Positions 61,901 through 64,000 of a DNA stretch of 64,000 nucleotides are shown piece after piece (positions within the stretch are counted from its first letter, which is position 1; each line of letters begins with the position of its first letter). A program made the position numbers and the translations under genes. The notes under the pieces are model-generated. The model ran no database searches, had not been told where the DNA came from, and saw nothing but the letters and a program-made list of their open reading frames with translations. Origin of the DNA: an uncultured Christensenella sp. (GTDB taxonomy: Bacteria; Bacillota; Clostridia; Christensenellales; UBA3700); the NCBI GenBank assembly GCA_910583735.1, contig CAJTXS010000001.1, positions 80,402 through 144,401 on the forward strand, in the 5' to 3' direction.

Positions 61901-64000
61901 AACAATGAAATACGCAACAACGTCGAGTTGATAGACCTCTCCAGCTCCGACTCCAAGACGAGTATTACCGTTAAACCGGCGCAACTCGTATCAGGCGTCA
62001 ACTCTACGCTCGACAGAGACAGATTGCCTGCGGGCAAGGAGTTCTCCGCTGCGGTGACTTCCGGCGCGTGGGAGCAGGAGATCAGAAACAGCATTGAGAT
62101 TACGATGAACTATTTCGACGAGTCGGGCAACGTCGTTGCCGGCGGCGAAAAGTATAACGTAAGTCAATATACCTTCTCGTATACTTGGAATAGGACGGGC
62201 GAGGGCGATTATGCGGTAGTAGACGGTATCTACTCGGTAGGTAAGTATAAGATAACAGTCAATATGACCGACCCCAATATTTCGGGATGCGACTTTGTGA
62301 TAGACTTCGAGGTCACTAAGGCGATTGCCAATGTAGAGATAGGTGAGACGGGCTCTAAGGTGTACGATGCGAAGGCATGGAATGTCTCGTATAAGATTAC
62401 TACGCCCGAAGGCTCTATCGACAGAGATATCACATCGGAATTCGGACAGGGCGATATACATGTCACATACTATAAGGACGGTCAGATAGTAAGCAGCGTT
62501 GTCGATGCAGGCGACTATACTATAGAGATATATGTCGACGAAACCGACGACTATGCTCGGTCCGATGTTGCAAGCGCGACATTTAAGGTAAATAAAGCCA
62601 ATGTAGACATCAGCTACAATACAGGCTATGTCAACAACCAGGAGTATATCGGTAAGTACAACGTAGACGCGGACAATGTCGCTACTATTATGCTTAACGG
62701 CGAAGTATATGCCGCCGATAAAGCAAACAGATATATATTGTATATAACATGCGAGGACTGGGGATACAACGGTAGCGCTTCGGCTACGCAGATAGTTAGA
62801 GAGTATGCTCAGGCAGTAGCCGGCGGCAGCAGTATGTATCTTACCGACTGGCTCGATGCCAATCATCCCGAGATATCCTACTTCAAGACCGACACAGGCG
62901 TATATAATGTCGGCAGCTATTATCCCGTTATGCTGTATCTCGGAGACAACAATGTAGATTACTCCGTAGATATAACGGCAGGAACAGAGATCCCCGAGGT
63001 AGTGATATACAGAAGGGCGATATCGGTCAATGTCACAGGCGGTCTCTCGTATTGGCTCACTTACGGCGACGAGCGTATTAATCCTATGGATATACAGCAG
63101 GCGTTTAACCGTGCGGACTGCACATATTATGAGGTCGTGGGCTATGTCGAGGGCGACGCTGTGCCCGAGGTAAGATGGACGGTAGCAGACCTGGATAATA
63201 CTTATCAGGCGGGAAGCAATGCGGGCGAGTATACAGGCGCGTATTATGTGCAGGGCGAGTTGTCCGACAGCGCAGTCAACGGCAACTATTATCTCGAGGC
63301 GGTGTATGAGGAAATCGATCTGTATGTCGCAAGACAGAAGTTCGTACTTGACTCCAATGCAATGTCCGCATATCTTGCAAGCGAAGGCGATTCTGCGCTC
63401 AGCGTGCAGATTATCGACGGCAAGGCTACGATAGACAGGGTATACAGCGGCAATGCTTATTCCAATATAGCGTTGGCTTACGACGGAATTTACAATAAGG
63501 ACGGCGAAGGCGTAATTACGGCAGGTAAGGATTTGTATGACAAAATCATCGTTCCTCCCGCAATAGCGACATATTCGCTTACCGATGTGGGCAGCGTTAC
63601 CGCTATGTTCACGATGGAGCTTAAGGATATCGTCAATTATGAATTTATGAATGCGGCTGAATTCATAGATATCTCTGTCACTTTGAATGTCAATAAAGCG
63701 GATGTAGAGGTAAGGCTTAGGGATTCGTTGTCATTCAAGGACGGCGAGGGCTATGACGCAGCGCGTAATGAGCTCACTTTGCAGTATGTCGGTAAGGCAT
63801 TCAACTTCGCCGATTACTTCGAAGTGAGAGATGTCACCAACGACGTCGAAGTAGTCAACGGATTTAAGAATATTATTTGGAGCGTAGATTTCGGAGCTAA
63901 TGCCGTGCCTACGTTGCCCGGTGTATATAGCGGAATATCGCTTGTGGTGCACAGCAATAATTACGACGTAAAGATAGGCGGAGTAAGCGCGAATTATGTC
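52976..64000 (+). CDS. Second giant surface protein, partial (at least 3,675 aa; runs off the window): N-terminal TM anchor, GLUG-like region, MBG-like repeat array
   Basis: ATG 52976 sits 5 nt after a GGGAGGA SD. MSKSRRYALIAAVTVAVLVICSVAVVLLTDG is a signal/anchor. I translated 52976 to about 56340 codon by codon and spot-checked 57041, 57326, 58502, 59969, 60002, 62504, 63002 and 63962; all were in frame with no stop. It is missing from the ORF track only because no stop occurs before 64000. Confidence 0.9.
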   Translation, partial: MSKSRRYALIAAVTVAVLVICSVAVVLLTDGKGSNGDGGVIASGAATTVKTTAGSVDNDYLVKEFLKLYRNPQDKILSDGSPSVWYTQKANSATSIYIINKTGSKTPVPNVQAGQQVPSIISGHEWWAFKSGSVTYVVPITRASSTSICFTLDNFLTTPNVYTSANTYALIEEDVTYSPRVINSVQYNDTTVSPYNFNATLDGAGHKITASEAYEMSLTINGGDAGSRLNKPYITWGTQGGGGYSDYHLNAHSMFIGNIGRGTLKNFTLDDGGYNMRIVQHNNTTAGGDTTVVNTAYGALVGVAGVYNNKAAGGTDGDPNDPYDYSNSARSNINNVNLLLNGDHTMFTRNDGMNMASLIMGGAVGYNANCNIDNLTVTINGRISPYALRQGRPSFSLGFKPATKYDILGGVCGISAYSGTFKKVIVAGSGNLFCDWYVTVKDASRVANDFGEAAGIVFGQIMKPTTAEGVIIDFPYKNIWFRNIGGSSSIWDIIGLFVGRKGSVLNSTSYSLTYKDIYLTNNVFAGINDANLPANKYDAVGNGTSYTWEPGYMGKTYLDDGTVTDHHSAATSITMPIRFNTDEPDGTPFTVCSDDITSIGFSQDANYMIEIAANGNGIVWDATWNNKNGTVYNTATSGHSVYDPVYVQNTATGVKLKAYGQFSGTNSNGRNLVLNVSKGDSATYSFDSGSITKEYNGKAIDYPDLRVKMASNNSYNQDFQQIFNGRSGVMMHLPVDDQTVGAVGPKILDSSGNNVFSGIYNGKTYSWQGSMDANRNSIGHAYFANMYSSVQKYIPSSGLYTNVDDSDNATAESSRKKAKDAGKYKFNVTAAGAYIAMRIGTGSSTYYMLLTPDGDSSFEYVVSPKSLGINLETPDINYNGNSVNFQYAGDNPTARARYSLTGILAGDDVKADPTKIGYYNSNGTSITQAVDAATYRLSVKGLVGTDASNYTIDAIQNFTVHPLNVQVSPGSIVIDYGNTVASQAEFTGYTYRITDRNGNAAEITALPSGVNMLFDAMIEEGKYLFGTGNTQYRGRLNAGSYPIYLRGITFNDESQRSNYVILNDMLDPSGSGASRGTLYVNKAALTLSQVTLPTGLVYGDSYGNPTYKITGLVYGDTIDAASEKWIYDIASNGIGYLSSPRAAGDHTVSLVDFSIGGVSVSSENGNYVYSDSAVRTNFNIAAKHINLNVDFDTATVYRYKGSAWEFATEIAANDVAYPTDDLKTPIVLQSYKDINHTQSADIENVGKYYLAASFSGSYEAVKSDGSRVQVSTDGSYIFDALLDTNGIEFDTVDIHKATIAFVGLSEKQTVVYNDEMQKFAFTRDNITALNDSDAETLYAMIRVEYNGAHEVDGVETAGTYNVTLSLEETANYESVYKEGLYFEIQKEDMTVVINGGKDFVKEYNANIVPAVTVTVTGNNSGVNVNTHELQANLVSTVFTDLSGVEVASAQAVGNYIMKVSYTGTVNRNPATASIRVTVNPKVLTFALYDSEGENIADSRKEVRTYNKAAYEADYSLLGVVAGESVVPTFVFKGEDGRALSSAPINANTKKSNGVYNSYTVEVTLPSTYSNYTMSKVTYSLTIERYVLSVDSLTRTSYALRNGGMYTHDDYIGWISESIRMYDADGTVFTTEQLDQIMQSHTTAGSYDGFMFELYGSSDHSTSITDIISQYDDYQGNLHLHILVNEAVLQLAMFTDGNYDVASDATVHVNAIDITILQMGIMITVDGEDGNKDITRVYDGGDFKIGFRLFTYNANTSYGASIDAGNGEIIHSNTEYKGIDTVISLQISVTGKIGKNTPFSESILLSPGTSDFANFFAQDGDDIVGLVGKAKPIHAGVYNINYVLNVSSMPQGGSVPSTWIMQTTTRLVINPVQVTPDGELADITIAYHHVIDNALLESSNSNDVSFISQHKGLMMQYSSDVLGIMPNVGEYIYNATLAIDPDYVGPAILLSDYDLHENEGKIIVEKLNVNVSVGNLEFVYGTDYNRLVSDLLTIEYTNEPEFCDGTDHGELISRFLSLMFNTDKVNPNVGLHEGMIEPKYSNPGTNINFVTVKKGDVTVTAKPLVITWGDRSGVYGTSDIALGSYTMDTTLVIGDRLSSASSAIVYNAGAEITDISSLSVGVYSYGYAKVVFVDQDGEDVSGNYNITNQNKGKYTVSPIQLRGSYVKSFEPSYTGSEITDIFTFKVSDSITIPNGEELVWQIKYYASKDDVTADGNTVTVAAVGDYWAMARLVSVNGGAGNVNNYALTDIGWSQFKVSKANLTLSSIDGYDSSFNATAVYSGSADNKLFGAGALHLTFNNGKPYDADVHGALTVTISAVWTKETGTKLSQVFDAGEYAITVAVTGADNFADATFTNITLTVNPAQIARDDIFNYVSVTTPADGYVYNALPQHPEVALKSGITGSISVRYYEVIILSLEERDDTVNAGDYTIRLTFDSRNYVYDDYAYLNNAVDTYWTYTINRSDKIAVNISTTEQYYNGNSQRPDDILITLLAGTDQAKTIRYPSSEVDATLYFYEKSSGGNGTSTIMYNNKYYTYKVANPPITSVVAKPGDYYVMLHINQINDGNFVNNIDAYYVINSGADLGVYTVKKGIMSVSATRNIEKQYDGVVGINGKDVIYEEGGNWYINDEIISIAGAYDYKFGTVTIDVSYFVENDGEKDIYTRLYRWTWYLSQRYDGDGNPVNGMLEQNKPVKHYYSSGELGIETQTGPYKNVFDFAFAGKYKIDIEIDNSQSAYYSQAREIVFDEDGNSSEQNVNHHASGGATITLNNSAFSIAEADRLTYYNDYSASNAPLKANPNHYFHGIAGEDSGDVIRIDGKDYKQFKDANGDGYEDMLTSDLTFEYFTDRACTIAIARNNIYNAGKYYIRVTYAGDEIRYNSSTWLIEYIIRPAEYWFELISDSTEEYETEFGTAFDLNKMSIGHDISPVEGRGKNTQFENNVRNLISVRNEGKSTYNGYATPVGKYTIFYGWTWSVASNNEIRNNVELIDLSSSDSKTSITVKPAQLVSGVNSTLDRDRLPAGKEFSAAVTSGAWEQEIRNSIEITMNYFDESGNVVAGGEKYNVSQYTFSYTWNRTGEGDYAVVDGIYSVGKYKITVNMTDPNISGCDFVIDFEVTKAIANVEIGETGSKVYDAKAWNVSYKITTPEGSIDRDITSEFGQGDIHVTYYKDGQIVSSVVDAGDYTIEIYVDETDDYARSDVASATFKVNKANVDISYNTGYVNNQEYIGKYNVDADNVATIMLNGEVYAADKANRYILYITCEDWGYNGSASATQIVREYAQAVAGGSSMYLTDWLDANHPEISYFKTDTGVYNVGSYYPVMLYLGDNNVDYSVDITAGTEIPEVVIYRRAISVNVTGGLSYWLTYGDERINPMDIQQAFNRADCTYYEVVGYVEGDAVPEVRWTVADLDNTYQAGSNAGEYTGAYYVQGELSDSAVNGNYYLEAVYEEIDLYVARQKFVLDSNAMSAYLASEGDSALSVQIIDGKATIDRVYSGNAYSNIALAYDGIYNKDGEGVITAGKDLYDKIIVPPAIATYSLTDVGSVTAMFTMELKDIVNYEFMNAAEFIDISVTLNVNKADVEVRLRDSLSFKDGEGYDAARNELTLQYVGKAFNFADYFEVRDVTNDVEVVNGFKNIIWSVDFGANAVPTLPGVYSGISLVVHSNNYDVKIGGVSANYV
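55545..64000 (+). repeat. Array of about twenty MBG-like repeats (protein level, period about 90-120 aa)
   Basis: The recurrent pattern is [AV]G.Y.h.h........NY........h.[IV].[KP]..h.h. Examples: TAGTYNVTLSLEETANYESVYKEGLYFEIQKEDMTVV (57041), AVGNYIMKVSYTGTVNRNPATASIRVTVNPKVLTF (57326), DAGEYAITVAVTGADNFADATFTNITLTVNPAQIA (59969) and DAGDYTIEIYVDETDDYARSDVASATFKVNKANVDI (62504). Confidence 0.65.

Noticed and set aside
31026-64000. A diversity-generating retroelement or cassette-type variation acting on the giant genes.
   Set aside because: There is no reverse transcriptase in the window. By eye I noticed no near-identical template/variable nucleotide repeat pairs. The repeats are divergent at the DNA level.

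Overview
This 64-kb window looks like part of a moderate-GC, Gram-positive-type chromosome. A Bacillota/Clostridia-like gut commensal is my inference from strong SD sites, consensus sigma-70-type promoters, lipobox lipoproteins and a sialic-acid operon. TGA is used as a stop codon (code 11).

Left part (1-23.1 kb), mostly ordinary genes:
- a GH3 glycosidase fragment at the edge, and an XRE regulator
- a 1,072-aa Fn3-like/GLUG-repeat surface lipoprotein
- an HTH-cupin regulator plus potABCD, with unusually long PotA and PotD
- an AEC permease and a small InlB-B-repeat membrane protein
- a chloramphenicol-acetyltransferase-like pseudogene relic
- an SGNH hydrolase
- a 993-aa orphan membrane protein
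- a PfkB-kinase/TSCPD operon and a YhhN-like protein
- a nanH-nanE-nanK-nanA sialic-acid operon

Middle part: tRNA-Ala(GGC) at 23165-23240 is followed by an intact tyrosine integrase, which is a candidate island junction. After it come a Nudix hydrolase, a MarR-controlled heterodimeric ABC exporter (marR carries a G9 tract) and a small membrane protein.

Right half: two tandem giant genes dominate.
- The first is a 21.7-kb ORF (31026-52751; 7,241 aa) with a lipoprotein signal. It has about six copies of a large module I cannot assign to a family, interleaved with 16 Fn3-like units.
- The second starts at 52976 and is still open at the window end (at least 3,675 aa). It is built from GLUG-like and about twenty MBG-like repeats.

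I saw no rRNA, CRISPR array or transposase. Many long antisense ORFs in the supplied track are codon-bias artefacts.
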